From: Rhodospirillales bacterium
GTDB lineage: Bacteria > Pseudomonadota > Alphaproteobacteria > Bin95
Length of the DNA: 64,000 bases
Assembly: GCA_038143065.1 (NCBI GenBank)
Contig: JAYQLI010000035.1
Location: forward strand, 960,001-1,024,000
Reading direction: 5' to 3'
Positions 41,641 to 54,016 of this stretch are shown here, piece after piece; position 1 is the stretch's first letter; each line of letters starts with the position of its first letter. The position numbers and the translations under genes were made by a program. The notes below the pieces were generated by a model. The model was not told the origin of the DNA, did no database searches, and saw nothing but the letters and a program-made list of their open reading frames with translations.

Positions 41641-44493
41641 ATGCAATCACGGGATAGTCTGCGAAACATTTCAGTCCGTGGTGCTAGAGAGCATAATTTA
41701 AAAGATGTGGACGTGGATCTCCCAAGAGATCAATTGATCGTCATAACTGGACTATCTGGGTCAGGAAAATCCTCTCTTGCTTTCGATACTATTTATGCCG
41801 AGGGACAAAGACGATATGTCGAAAGTCTATCTGCTTACGCTCGCCAATTCTTAGAAATGATGCAAAAACCGGATGTGGACCTTATTGAAGGTCTATCTCC
41901 CTCGATATCGATAGAGCAGAAAACAACAAGCCGGAATCCTAGATCGACAGTAGGTACAGTAACTGAAATTTATGACTATATGCGGTTACTTTGGGCTCGG
42001 ACTGGAATTCCTTATTCCCCTGCAACGGGCCTACCCATCGAAAGTCAGACGATTAGTCAAATGGCAGATCGGATTATGGCTATGGGGGAAGGAACACGCC
42101 TTTACCTTTTGGCCCCAATTGTCCGAGGAAGAAAAGGTGAATTTCGAAAAGAATTAGCCGACCTCGCCCGCCGCGGATTTCAGCGCGTAAAAATAGATGG
42201 CGAAGTGTTGCTCATAGAGGATGCCCCATTACTCAAGAAAAACTTTAAACACGACATAGATGTTGTGGTTGATAGATTTATTGTGCGAGAGGAGGCATCA
42301 GCGCGTCTAGCAGACAGCCTTGAAACCGCCATTGGATTGACTGACGGTTTGGCAACTGTGGAGAATGCCGATGATGGGACAGAAACAGTGTTTTCAAGTC
42401 GCTTTGCATGCCCCGTCTCAGGCTTCACTATTCCCGAAATCGAGCCGAGGCTTTTTTCCTTTAATAATCCATTTGGCGCGTGCCCAGTTTGCGATGGAAT
42501 AGGCACCGAGCAGCATTGTGACGCAGAACTTGTAGTTCCTAATCCTTTGATGTCTATGCGGGATGGAGCCATTGCTCCATGGGCTTCATCTAGTTCATCA
42601 TATTATGAGCAAACTCTCGAAGGAATTTGTAAGCACTTTAAGGTAGGGATGAAGACACCCTTCGGCGAGCTACCAAAAAACGTGATAGAAGCCATTCTTT
42701 TTGGATCTGGTGAAGAAGTCATACCAATCAAATATGATGACGGCCTCCGTTCTTACACGGTGAAAAAAACCTTCGAAGGAGTGGTAAATAATCTCGAACG
42801 GCGGTGGCGCGAAACTGATAGCTCTTGGGTGAGAGAAGAGCTCTCAAAGTTCATGTCAGCAGCAGCATGTGCAACTTGCAAAGGCAAGCGACTAAAGCCC
42901 GAAGCTTTGGCCGTAAAAATTGATATGCGGGATATCTCTGAAGTTACGGATTTTTCAGTAGCAAAAGCGAAAGACTGGTTTCTTGAACTCCCCAAATCCT
43001 TATCTCCTAAGCAACTAGAAATTGGTGAACGTATCCTTAAAGAAATCAATGAGCGGCTTGGTTTTTTGGTCGATGTTGGCCTCGGTTATTTAACATTGTC
43101 TCGTGGTTCTGGAGGTCTTTCTGGAGGAGAAAGTCAACGGATCAGGTTAGCTTCACAGATAGGATCGGGACTCACTGGGGTACTTTATGTTCTTGACGAG
43201 CCCTCCATTGGCCTCCACCAGCGAGATAATGCAAGACTTCTTCAAACACTAAACAGACTGCGAGACTTAGGTAACACTGTAATCGTGGTTGAGCATGATG
43301 AGGATGCTATTAGAAGCGCGGACTACGTCGTGGATATGGGACCTCTAGCAGGTGTTCATGGTGGCCAAGTAGTAGCTTTTGGCACGCCGCAGGAAGTCAT
43401 GAACCACCCCGACAGCCTTACCGGGCAATACCTAACCGGGGTTAAGCAAATAGCCGTTCCCGTGAAAAGGCGTATCGGTGATGGTCGAACACTAACCATC
43501 CGAGGTGCAAAAGGTAACAATCTAAAAAATATTGATGCATCATTTCCATTGGGAATGTTAACCGCTGTAACTGGAGTTTCCGGTGGCGGTAAATCAACAC
43601 TTGTAATCGATACTCTGTATAAGGCATTGGCTCGCAGAGTAATGAATGCTCGAGCTGCTCCAGAGAGCCACGAACGGATCGATGGAGTAGAGTTTATCGA
43701 TAAGGTGATTGATATTGATCAATCACCGATAGGACGGACCCCAAGATCCAACCCTGCCACTTATACAGGCGCTTTTACGCCTATCAGGGACTGGTTCGCT
43801 GGCCTTCCCGAAGCAAAAGCACGCGGCTATAAACCAGGACGCTTTAGTTTTAACGTAAAAGGAGGCCGCTGTGAGGCGTGCCAAGGTGATGGTGTCATCA
43901 AAATTGAGATGCACTTTCTGCCTGATGTTTATGTTGAATGCGATGCCTGCAAAGGGAAGCGCTACAACAGAGAAACTCTAGAGGTAAAGTATAACGGACG
44001 TTCAATTGCTGATGTTCTTGACCTTACCGTAGAGGAAGGAGTCAAAGAATTCTCTGCTGTACCATCTATTCGAGAAAAATTATCGACACTGGAACAGGTT
44101 GGACTGGGCTACGTTAAAATTGGTCAACGCGCTACAACCTTATCAGGAGGTGAAGCCCAACGGGTTAAACTTGCTAAGGAACTATCTAGAAGGGCTACCG
44201 GTCGCACTCTTTACATTCTAGATGAACCTACAACAGGACTCCATTTTGAAGACGTTCGCAAATTGCTCGATGTACTTCACGCGCTGATAGATCAAGGCAA
44301 TAGTATTATTGTGATCGAACATAATTTAGAGGTAATCAAAACCGCTGATTGGGTTATAGACCTCGGGCCCGAAGGCGGAGATGGTGGTGGCCAAATCGTA
44401 GCATCCGGCACGCCAGAAGAAGTTGCGGCCACGACAGGTAGTTTTACAGGCGAATATCTTGCAAATTTTGTTTACACAAAAAAGAAAATATAA
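41641..44493 (+). CDS. uvrA: Excinuclease ABC subunit A
   Basis: [22 protein letters not shown], two ABC cassettes and zinc fingers; alternative start at 41611. Confidence 0.99.
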   Translation: MQSRDSLRNISVRGAREHNLKDVDVDLPRDQLIVITGLSGSGKSSLAFDTIYAEGQRRYVESLSAYARQFLEMMQKPDVDLIEGLSPSISIEQKTTSRNPRSTVGTVTEIYDYMRLLWARTGIPYSPATGLPIESQTISQMADRIMAMGEGTRLYLLAPIVRGRKGEFRKELADLARRGFQRVKIDGEVLLIEDAPLLKKNFKHDIDVVVDRFIVREEASARLADSLETAIGLTDGLATVENADDGTETVFSSRFACPVSGFTIPEIEPRLFSFNNPFGACPVCDGIGTEQHCDAELVVPNPLMSMRDGAIAPWASSSSSYYEQTLEGICKHFKVGMKTPFGELPKNVIEAILFGSGEEVIPIKYDDGLRSYTVKKTFEGVVNNLERRWRETDSSWVREELSKFMSAAACATCKGKRLKPEALAVKIDMRDISEVTDFSVAKAKDWFLELPKSLSPKQLEIGERILKEINERLGFLVDVGLGYLTLSRGSGGLSGGESQRIRLASQIGSGLTGVLYVLDEPSIGLHQRDNARLLQTLNRLRDLGNTVIVVEHDEDAIRSADYVVDMGPLAGVHGGQVVAFGTPQEVMNHPDSLTGQYLTGVKQIAVPVKRRIGDGRTLTIRGAKGNNLKNIDASFPLGMLTAVTGVSGGGKSTLVIDTLYKALARRVMNARAAPESHERIDGVEFIDKVIDIDQSPIGRTPRSNPATYTGAFTPIRDWFAGLPEAKARGYKPGRFSFNVKGGRCEACQGDGVIKIEMHFLPDVYVECDACKGKRYNRETLEVKYNGRSIADVLDLTVEEGVKEFSAVPSIREKLSTLEQVGLGYVKIGQRATTLSGGEAQRVKLAKELSRRATGRTLYILDEPTTGLHFEDVRKLLDVLHALIDQGNSIIVIEHNLEVIKTADWVIDLGPEGGDGGGQIVASGTPEEVAATTGSFTGEYLANFVYTKKKI

Positions 44494-44515
44494 ATTTCTC
44501 ATTACTTAAGAACGC

Positions 44516-44553
44516 AAAAAAAATGCCCCGTGGTCCGCATAAGACAACGAGGC
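44516..44553 (-). terminator. Intrinsic terminator of the peroxiredoxin gene (between convergent genes)
   Basis: Minus strand TGCCTCGTTGTC-TTATGCG-GACCACGGGGCA followed by T8. Confidence 0.8.
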
Positions 44554-44576
44554 ATCTAATTTGATTAGAACAGCGT

Positions 44577-45059
44577 TTAAAGATTAGCTAGTATATTTTC
44601 AGCAGTAGAGTTCTCAACTTGCCCAGGTTCCTCGAGAAATAGCTGGCTTATTGTTCCATTCTCAACAATCATTGCGCAACGGCGCATCCGGGTTCCAAGT
44701 CCAAAGCCAGAACCATCCATCTCTAAACCACAAGCTTTGGCAAATTCACCATTACCATCTGCGACCATCTTCACTCTCGCACCAACATTTTGATCCTTAC
44801 CCCAGGCACCCATGACAAATGGATCGTTGACCGAGACACAGGCAATTTCATCAATCCCTTTAGCCTTGATGGCCTCAGCGTTTTGAACAAAACCAGGAAG
44901 ATGTTTTGCTGAACAGGGAGGAGTAAAGGCACCACGCACTGCAAATAAGACAACTTTCTTACCAGCAAGAAGATCTTCACTTGTTAGATTTTCTGGACCG
45001 CTATGACCCATAGTTTTAAAAGTAACAGACGGGGCCTTATCTCCAGCTTTAATTGCCAT
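44577..45059 (-). CDS. Peroxiredoxin, Prx5 subfamily
   Basis: GAFTP.CSAKHLPGF, SVNDPFVMGAW and ADGNGEF. Confidence 0.93.
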   Translation of the reverse strand: MAIKAGDKAPSVTFKTMGHSGPENLTSEDLLAGKKVVLFAVRGAFTPPCSAKHLPGFVQNAEAIKAKGIDEIACVSVNDPFVMGAWGKDQNVGARVKMVADGNGEFAKACGLEMDGSGFGLGTRMRRCAMIVENGTISQLFLEEPGQVENSTAENILANL

Positions 45060-45149
45060 AATCATTCTCCATGTATATCCGTTTGTAAGCGCGTATCTCA
45101 CACTTTTAGTAGCAAAATATTTAATCGCTTCTGATAGGAATAAAAGGCT

Positions 45150-47195
45150 TTAACTTCCTCGCGCTTGAATTATTGCCTGCATAACAGCATTAGCCGACAA
45201 TAATTCTGGCAGCACAATCCCCTCTTTCGCACCGGGACCATAAACGATATTGAAAGGTATCCCAAATCGATTATTCCGCGCTAAGAAATCTGAAATAACA
45301 GTATCGGGCCGCGTCCAATCCGCCTGAATAGGGGTAACATCTTCGGTAAGAAGGTTAAGAATTGGATTATTGTACAGAACTGTAGCCTTATTCCACTTAC
45401 ACGTAACGCACCATTCAGCGGTTACATCTACTAAAATTATTTCTCCAGAATCTATACGACGAGAAATATCCAACTCGTCAAATTTTATCCATTTCACAGA
45501 GTCAAAGCTGGCTCGTTCAGGCGTCACTTGCGTAATTTCTAAAGCAAGAAGGGCTGCACTGATGGCACATAAAGTTGCCAGCCAGCGCACTTGAGCTCGA
45601 AACCAACTGAAAAACCCAACTATCAAAACAGAAGCTATTCCGACAAAGGCCGAAGCTACTAAACCTGTTTGGTTAAATAGGATCCAAAGTAGCCAAGCCC
45701 CAGTCAACGCAACAAAAAATCCCATACCTATCCGAACTGTCTGCATCCAGCGACCTGGTCGAGGCAACATTTTTACGACGGACGGAAATAAGGCAGTCAA
45801 GAGATATGGAAGACACAGCCCCATAGCCATAGCCACAAAGACAACTATGATTTCAAACGCGCCCCTAGATAACGCAAAAGTTAGGGCCGTCCCCACAAAC
45901 GGTGCTGAGCATGGTGTAGCCAATAATGTCACCAATACTCCGGTCCAAAATGCTCCTCCAAGACCAGACGCCGGTCTATTATCAGAAATACGAGCGATGC
46001 CCTGCGGTAAAGAAAATTCGAAAAAACCCCAGAGGTTGCTAGCAAAGAGAGCCATTACGAAAACCATTACGGCTACAAAAAATGGCTCTTGAAATTGCAT
46101 GCCCCACCCAACAGTCATGCCTAGATGTTTTAGTGCGATAGCTCCCAAAGCTAATCCTAAAAAAGAGACCAGGATTCCCGCACTCGTCGCTAGAAAACCC
46201 ATACGGATTGCTCGTCTACTATCGTCAAAATGGCTGAGAACACTGGTGAGTTTTATTGCTAATACTGGCAGGACACAGGGCATAAAATTCAGGACAAAGC
46301 CACCTATTAGAGCGAGCACTACGATTAGTAGAAGTTCGCGTGGCCCAATTGGATTTGCTGAAAGCTGGGAAAGAGAAGCTTTTTGGCTAAAAGATTGGCC
46401 ATTTAAGACGAGGGTGTACGTCGCCTCCTGGCCTGGCGAGGGAAAAGCTGGCGGAATAGAAGTGGCGACTGATGTTAGGCGAAACCTATCCCCAGAAAGC
46501 ACATCAATCTTTGGTGCAGAGAAAAAATATCCAGATAGTCCATCGATGAAGAGATCGCCTTCCTGGACAGTAAACGGCGCCTTCCCCTCCAGTATTAGTT
46601 CTACTGGATTTGTTTTGGTCGATAACGATACCCTCTCAACACCAAATCCTGCCCCTGCTGGAGCCGGAGAAAGGCCTCGCGCTTGATCTATGGCAAAAGA
46701 ATAAACAGTAGGCTGCGGGGAGCCTGCTGGCAGGAAAATATTGAACTGAGCAGATTGTGGAATGCAAATTTCTTTACAAGTGAGAAACTCAACTTTCAGG
46801 TCGAGCTTGGCTGGTTTACGAGGGTCATCAATAGAAACATTTAATGGCAGTAGAACATCACCAGTGTATCCAATTGAATCGTATCCAAACACATTAAAGC
46901 GCTTTGGCGTTGGCCAAGTCACATCCAACTTTCGCACGTTCTCCGAGCCTGCCCAGTCGAAATTGGGGGGATAACCTTGGGGGCCGGGTGCTTTCCAATA
47001 GGTTTTCCAACCTTCTTTAAGCTTAATTTCAAAGCCGATCGGAGCAGCACTAGAAAGACCCGAAGTGGAGACCCCAGATATCAGTCGGGAACGAGCTTCA
47101 GAAGACACGACCCATTCAGACTCAATTGCGCACGACGCAGAGCCACAAATCAGAGAGGATGTGAGCACTAAGATAAATGAAATATATCGTGTCAT
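45150..47195 (-). CDS. DsbD/ScsB-type thiol:disulfide interchange protein
   Basis: GWKTYWKAPG, CKEICIP, NFMPCVLPVL, LATPCSAPF and thioredoxin-like WCVTC; start codon uncertain. Confidence 0.92.
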   Translation of the reverse strand: MTRYISFILVLTSSLICGSASCAIESEWVVSSEARSRLISGVSTSGLSSAAPIGFEIKLKEGWKTYWKAPGPQGYPPNFDWAGSENVRKLDVTWPTPKRFNVFGYDSIGYTGDVLLPLNVSIDDPRKPAKLDLKVEFLTCKEICIPQSAQFNIFLPAGSPQPTVYSFAIDQARGLSPAPAGAGFGVERVSLSTKTNPVELILEGKAPFTVQEGDLFIDGLSGYFFSAPKIDVLSGDRFRLTSVATSIPPAFPSPGQEATYTLVLNGQSFSQKASLSQLSANPIGPRELLLIVVLALIGGFVLNFMPCVLPVLAIKLTSVLSHFDDSRRAIRMGFLATSAGILVSFLGLALGAIALKHLGMTVGWGMQFQEPFFVAVMVFVMALFASNLWGFFEFSLPQGIARISDNRPASGLGGAFWTGVLVTLLATPCSAPFVGTALTFALSRGAFEIIVVFVAMAMGLCLPYLLTALFPSVVKMLPRPGRWMQTVRIGMGFFVALTGAWLLWILFNQTGLVASAFVGIASVLIVGFFSWFRAQVRWLATLCAISAALLALEITQVTPERASFDSVKWIKFDELDISRRIDSGEIILVDVTAEWCVTCKWNKATVLYNNPILNLLTEDVTPIQADWTRPDTVISDFLARNNRFGIPFNIVYGPGAKEGIVLPELLSANAVMQAIIQARGS

Positions 47196-47297
47196 ATAAG
47201 ATTTGATATAAACCATGTTCAAATCCATACCAGTCCCAGTTTGCACTTCTGTTTGTAAATGCTTGCTTCGATAGAAAGTGTTTCTTAATTTTACCGC

Positions 47298-47867
47298 ATG
47301 TCGGACACCAAAGACATCAGTCTCCAAGGCAGACTCTTAATCGCATCGCCAGCCATGGGAGACCCACGGTTTGAGAAAACCGTCATTTATATGTGCGCTC
47401 ATTCTCAGCATGGGGGGGCGATGGGTATTGTAATAAATAAGCCAGTAGAAGGCATAAACTTTCAAGAGTTATTTGAGCAGCTGGAAATACAAAACATCGC
47501 TATTGAGTCCTTACAAATCCAGTACGGGGGACCCGTCGAAAATACCAGGGGTTTTATTCTTCACTCTGCCGAATATAGAGCCGAAGAAGTGTCCGAAATT
47601 TCTCCAGATATATCATTGAGTGCCTCAATAGATATCTTGCAGGACATTGCTTCAGGAAATGGACCCAAACAACGTATATTTGCTTTAGGCTATTCTGGAT
47701 GGGGGCCCGGACAGCTTGAGGATGAAATCAAACAAAATGGTTGGTTAGTAGTGGACGCAGATACAGATCTGGTTTTTGGACCAGAACTCGAGCAGAAGTG
47801 GGACCAAGCTCTCGCCAAAATTGGCATCGACCCAGGGAAGTTATCAAGCCAGGCTGGTAACGCCTAG
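47298..47867 (+). CDS. YqgE/AlgH family protein
   Basis: LLIASP, GAMGIVINKP, GGPVE..RGFILH and LGYSGWGPGQLEDE. Confidence 0.95.
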   Translation: MSDTKDISLQGRLLIASPAMGDPRFEKTVIYMCAHSQHGGAMGIVINKPVEGINFQELFEQLEIQNIAIESLQIQYGGPVENTRGFILHSAEYRAEEVSEISPDISLSASIDILQDIASGNGPKQRIFALGYSGWGPGQLEDEIKQNGWLVVDADTDLVFGPELEQKWDQALAKIGIDPGKLSSQAGNA

Positions 47868-47985
47868 AATCCTGTAAGACTATAACTCATGAGAATTTTC
47901 GACTTACTTTCCAAGGATCTTTTAAATCCTTCAATGGATCATTAATCCTGAATAAGAAGAACAATGCACTCTTCTTTTTTAAGAA

Positions 47986-49059
<1,074 letters not shown>

Positions 49060-49088
49060 TCACGCCCCTAAAGTAGATATACACAAAG

Positions 49089-49129
49089 TTATCCACAATC
49101 TGACTCGCGTCAAGAATCTAGTAGAGTCA
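49089..49129. promoter_or_regulatory. DnaA box plus three GANTC sites upstream of ccrM
   Basis: TTATCCACA at 49089-49097; GACTC 49102, GAATC 49114, GAGTC 49124. Confidence 0.65.
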
Positions 49130-49751
49130 AAAGCTTGGCGACAGGTTTGAAAGTTCTACGGTGATGTATTGTTGGGCCTAAATCTAACAACGCACGACTA
49201 TGCTCTGCCACACCATATCCTGCGTTGCGTTCCCAGCCATATCCAGGATATTGGGTTGCGAGCTGCGCCATATAGCGATCTCGAGATACCTTGGCGTAAA
49301 TTGACGCAGCTGCGATAGAAGCAGATTTTCCGTCTCCTTTTACAACAGTTTGCACGGCGCAAGATACGTTAGGTGACTGATTTCCATCGATGAGAGCAAG
49401 CGCTACAGGCTGATCAGCTAAAAGTTCCAGGTTGGAGATTGCGCGCGCCATGGCCAGTTTGGTTGCTTGTAAAATGTTAATCTCGTCAATTTCCTCAACA
49501 GTTGCCTCGGCCAGAGCGACAATTCCATAATCTTGAATTTTAAGAAAAATCTTTTCCCTAATGTTTTTACTCAATTTTTTTGAATCATTTAATTGATCCA
49601 AAAAACTTTGCGGCGCATTGCGACCAAAAAGCCAAACAGCGCACGCGAAAACGGGGCCCGCCCACGGACCCCGTCCCACCTCGTCAACACCAACAATGAT
49701 CCCAGATATGCCTCTCCTCTGCGCGGCCTTCTCCAAGGAGAAGTCTGGCAT
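49110..49751 (-). CDS. rnhB: Ribonuclease HII
   Basis: GVDEVGRGPWAGPV, DSKKL, IDGN, KGDGKS.SIAAASI.AKV.RD and HRRTF. Confidence 0.97.
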   Translation of the reverse strand: MPDFSLEKAAQRRGISGIIVGVDEVGRGPWAGPVFACAVWLFGRNAPQSFLDQLNDSKKLSKNIREKIFLKIQDYGIVALAEATVEEIDEINILQATKLAMARAISNLELLADQPVALALIDGNQSPNVSCAVQTVVKGDGKSASIAAASIYAKVSRDRYMAQLATQYPGYGWERNAGYGVAEHSRALLDLGPTIHHRRTFKPVAKLLTLLDS

Positions 49752-49764
49752 TGATGCATCAACT

Positions 49765-51003
49765 CTACTGTGCGGCCTTCGCCGCCCTAGGCGGCCAATC
49801 TACCTGCCGACGTAGCTCTAGGCGTGCAATTTGCTGGCGATGCACCTCGTCTGGACCATCAGCAAAACGAAGTGCACGCATGCGGCTCCACATGTATGAA
49901 AGTTTAAAAGCCTGACTCATTGCTCCACCACCGTGAGCTTGCATTGCATCATCAATAACTTGAAGAGCCATATTTGGAGCCGCTACTTTGATCATGGCAA
50001 TTTCTTGCCTTGCCTCTTTATTGCCTACCGTATCCATCATATGAGCGGCCTTGAGGGTTAATAGCCTGCACATCTCAATATTTATGCGAGCGTTCGCAAC
50101 CCGCTCCATGAAGTTATCTCGTTCAGCTAAAGCTTTCCCCCATGTTACCCGCTCTGTCCCTCGGTGACACATCATCTCAAGCGCACGTTCAGCAACTCCA
50201 ATGATACGCATGCAATGGTGAATCCGTCCCGGGCCCAATCGACCTTGAGCAATCTCGAAGCCTCTACCTTCACCCAAGAGGATATTCTCTGCAGGCACCC
50301 TAACATTATCAAATAATACCTGACCGTGCCCATGGGGCGCGTCATCGAAGCCCATAACAAGAAGCATTTTTTCTACCGTAATACCCGGTGTATCGCGGGG
50401 CACTAAAATCATAGACTGTTGACGATAAGTTGGGGCTGAGGGGTCTGTCTTACCCATCAGGATCAAGATCTTGCAACGAGGGTCGCCGATGCCACTTGTC
50501 CACCATTTTCTGCCGTTGATCACATACTCGTCACCATCACGCTCGATACGACAGGCAATATTGGTTGCATCTGAGGAAGCTACGGCCGGCTCTGTCATAG
50601 CAAATGCTGAGCGCATTTCACCATTCAGAAGAGGTTCAAGCCATTCTTTCTTATGCCCAGGAGTTCCATAACGCTCGAGCACCTCCATGTTACCGGTGTC
50701 TGGTGCGGAGCAGTTAAAAGCTTCAGGAGCCCAGTGAACCTTTCCCATAATCTCGCATACAGGCGCATATTCTAGATTGGTTAGCCCAGCACCATTCAAA
50801 CTCTCTGGAAGAAAATAATTCCAAAGGCCCTCATCTTTCGCCTTTTGCTTTACTTCCTCCAGTATCGGAACGACCTTCCACCGATTTCCGCCCTCATCGA
50901 GTTGATCATAATATTTCTGTTCATTCGGGTAGACATACCGATCCATAAAATCTTCTACGCGTGCACATACTTCCTTAGTCTGGTCTGAATATTCAAACTC
51001 CAT
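49765..51003 (-). CDS. Acyl-CoA dehydrogenase (ACAD10/11, FadE2-like)
   Basis: [42 protein letters not shown] and ADGPDEVH. Confidence 0.95.
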   Translation of the reverse strand: MEFEYSDQTKEVCARVEDFMDRYVYPNEQKYYDQLDEGGNRWKVVPILEEVKQKAKDEGLWNYFLPESLNGAGLTNLEYAPVCEIMGKVHWAPEAFNCSAPDTGNMEVLERYGTPGHKKEWLEPLLNGEMRSAFAMTEPAVASSDATNIACRIERDGDEYVINGRKWWTSGIGDPRCKILILMGKTDPSAPTYRQQSMILVPRDTPGITVEKMLLVMGFDDAPHGHGQVLFDNVRVPAENILLGEGRGFEIAQGRLGPGRIHHCMRIIGVAERALEMMCHRGTERVTWGKALAERDNFMERVANARINIEMCRLLTLKAAHMMDTVGNKEARQEIAMIKVAAPNMALQVIDDAMQAHGGGAMSQAFKLSYMWSRMRALRFADGPDEVHRQQIARLELRRQVDWPPRAAKAAQ

Positions 51004-51245
51004 GCGAATTCCTCCAGGGCGTGACATCAAAACTTAAGCAACTTAACTTTAGACGTATGCAAAGCACCGCGCCAAGTGCATCAGTCCACCTACTAACAAA
51101 TATTTCAAATTGGGTTTCGAAAAAATTTCCCAAAAATAACGCCCTATGCACTCAATGAAACTTAGTAATTTCCTTAAGCTCTTTATCTGTGAGTTAGATC
51201 AGATAACATCTACTTGAAACATTCTCAGCAGGACAAATTCAAGCG

Positions 51246-52857
51246 ATGGTTGATACGTTCAACTACATAATTGTTGGTGCAGGCTCAGCGGGTTGCGTTT
51301 TGGCCAACCGACTTTCAGCAAACCCAAAAATTTCCGTACTGCTACTCGAAGCAGGTGGTGAAGACAAAAATTTTTGGATTCATGCTCCAAGTGGTTTTGC
51401 TAAACTCATGAATGACTCAAGGTTCAATTGGCTCTTCGAGACCGATCCTCATCCTGCTACTGGTGACCGCAAAATTCCAATCCCACGAGGAAAAGTCTTG
51501 GGAGGCTCTTCTTCGATTAATGGTCTTCTTTATGTGCGGGGACAAGCCCGGGACTATGATGGATGGTCCCAACTTGGAAATAGAGGCTGGTCTTTTCAAG
51601 ATATACTTCCCTACTTCAAACGATCAGAAGATTTTTATGGTGGGGAAGATGAATTTCATGGAGCAGACGGACCATTAACGGTCTCAGAGCCGGCTGAAGA
51701 CCACCCCCTAGATCGGATTTTTTAGAGGCCTGCAGCCAAGCAGGGCATCAAATAGGCCATGACTATAATGGTCGCTCTCAAGAAGGTTTCACAAAAAGTC
51801 AGTCCACCACCTTTGGAAATAAGCGACGCAGCACAGCTGCTGCATTCCTTGAACCAGTGCGGCACCGCTCCAATCTCCGGGTGCAGACTAATGCGTTGTC
51901 CGAGAAAATTATTTTTGAAGGAAAACGTGCAGTAGGCGTAGCGTACCGCACTAATGACAAATTGATTGAGGCACGCGCGAGCGGGGAGGTAATCCTATCG
52001 GCTGGAGCAGTTCAATCCCCTCAACTTCTGGAGCTTTCAGGTATTGGTGATCCCGAAATTATCAAAGAAGCAGGATTAGAAGTATTTCACGCCCTCCTGG
52101 AGTTGGTGAAAATTATCAAGATCACTTTGCGTGTCGAGTTAATTGGCGAATGAAAAATATTCGCACCTTCAATGAGCGTGCCCAGGGGCTACGAAAGCTT
52201 TGGGAAGGCTTACGTTACCTCACTGCAAGGCAAGGACTCCTGGCAAATACTGCCGCAAATGTTATGGGATTTGCCAAAACTCGACCAGAACTAGAGACCC
52301 CAGATGTACAATTTTTCATGACACCTGCTAGTTTCAAAAATGCAGGAGACCGGGTACTCGACCCTGAGCCTGGAATGACTGTTGGACCGTGCCAACTCAG
52401 ACCAGAAAGTAGAGGAACTATTCACATAAGATCGTCAAATCCTCTTATGGCACCTTCGATCCGCCCCAACTTTCTGACTGTGAAAAACGATGGTGATACA
52501 TTTGTCGCCGCCATCAAGTTAATCAGAGAAATTGCAAAGCAGTCTGCACTTCAACCTTATATCTCCCTTGAAATGAACCCTGGCCATGCTTGCCAGTCTG
52601 ATGATGAAATCTTGGATTATGTCCGCCAGACAGGCCAAACAGTTTATCATCCTGTGGGCACCGCAAAAATGGGTCCCATTGGAGACAAAAAAGCAGTAGT
52701 TGACGACAGGCTACGAGTTAAAGGTATTGATAGACTCAGGGTTGTTGATGCCTCAATCATGCCCCTTCTCGTATCCGGCAATACCAATGCTCCAGTAATT
52801 ATGATTGCGGAGAAAGCGGCTGATATGATTGCAGAGGACGCCAATACGCCTTCTTAG
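51246..52857 (+). CDS. GMC oxidoreductase, choline dehydrogenase-like (frameshifts near 51720 and 52095)
   Basis: GAGSAGCVLA, RGKVLGGSSSING, SPQLLELSGIG, YHPVGT and SGNTNAP. Confidence 0.93.
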
Positions 52858-52936
52858 CCACAATCAATAACTTAATTAGAAAAGAAGCTGGGCCTGCACT
52901 CAAAAAGGCCGTGTTTCCATTGTAACTCTCACTTCA

Positions 52937-53874
52937 TCATCCTTTGAGAAACGCCTCTATGTCATCAGGCGTTTCTACGTTGGAAGACGACAGTTCAGGG
53001 TTAATGCGCCTGACCATTCCAGAAAGTACCTTTCCACACCCTATTTCCACCAATTCTTCTACGCCCATTTCGCTCATTGAAATTACGCACTCACGCCAGC
53101 GAACAGTTGCCGTTACTTGCTGAATTAATAAACGCTTTATTTCATCAGGCTCCGCAACTGGTTTTGCAGTAACATTTGAAACAAGTGGAACAACAGGAGC
53201 TGACATCTGGGTCGTCTCAAAAGCTTCTGCCATAATATCTGCAACTTTGGTCAACAAGGAACAATGAAAAGGGGCAGATACTGGCAGCATTATTGCCCGC
53301 CTAGCTCCCTCGCCTTAGCAGCTTCCACTGCACGCTCGACGGCCTCTTTCGATCCAGAGACAACAACTTGACCGGGGGCATTATCGTTAGCAACATCACA
53401 CACCTGGCCTTGACTTCCTTCAACGGCAGCTTCCTGCGCTGCATCAAGGTCTAAACCTAGAAGAGCTGCCATCGCACCTTCACCTGCGGGTACAGCTGTC
53501 TGCATTGCTTGGCCACGTAACTTCAAAAGTCGGGCGGCATCTGCAAGACCTAAAGCACCAGCAGCAGCCAAAGCTGAATATTCACCAAGCGAATGCCCGG
53601 CAATTAGTTTTGCAGATACTCCGAGATCGAAGCCCGCCTCCGCCTCCAGTACGCGGATAATGGCCACACTGTTCGCCATTAGGGCTGGCTGAGTATTTTC
53701 GGTAAGAGTTAAATCCTCCATTGGCCCGTGAAACATTAAGCCAGAAAGATTCTGGGAAAGAGCGTCATCAACCTCCTGAAAAACTTCCCTAGCAGCGGGA
53801 AAGGCCTCAGCCAATAATTTCCCCATCCCAACCGTCTGGGATCCCTGCCCAGGAAAAACAAAAGCTCTAACCAT
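52937..53874 (-). CDS. fabD: Malonyl-CoA:ACP transacylase (frameshift near 53300)
   Basis: FPGQGSQ, TQPAL, GHSLGEY, VSAPFH and EIGCGKVLSG. Confidence 0.96.
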
Positions 53875-54016
53875 TTTTCAGTCTCTTTACACAGATATTT
53901 GAACCACCAAGAACGCCGTCTGTTCGCCAAATTGTCAAGCAGAGGCATGGTAATAATATCTATTAATCTTCGTCGGCGAAGATGCAGGTAGGAAGATGCC
54001 AAGTATATTCTTAAGG

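Noticed and set aside
46099-46686. Long antisense ORFs (also 62652-63182, 42180-42572, 21356-21742)
   Set aside because: They are shadows of well-supported genes on the opposite strand and carry no recognisable motifs
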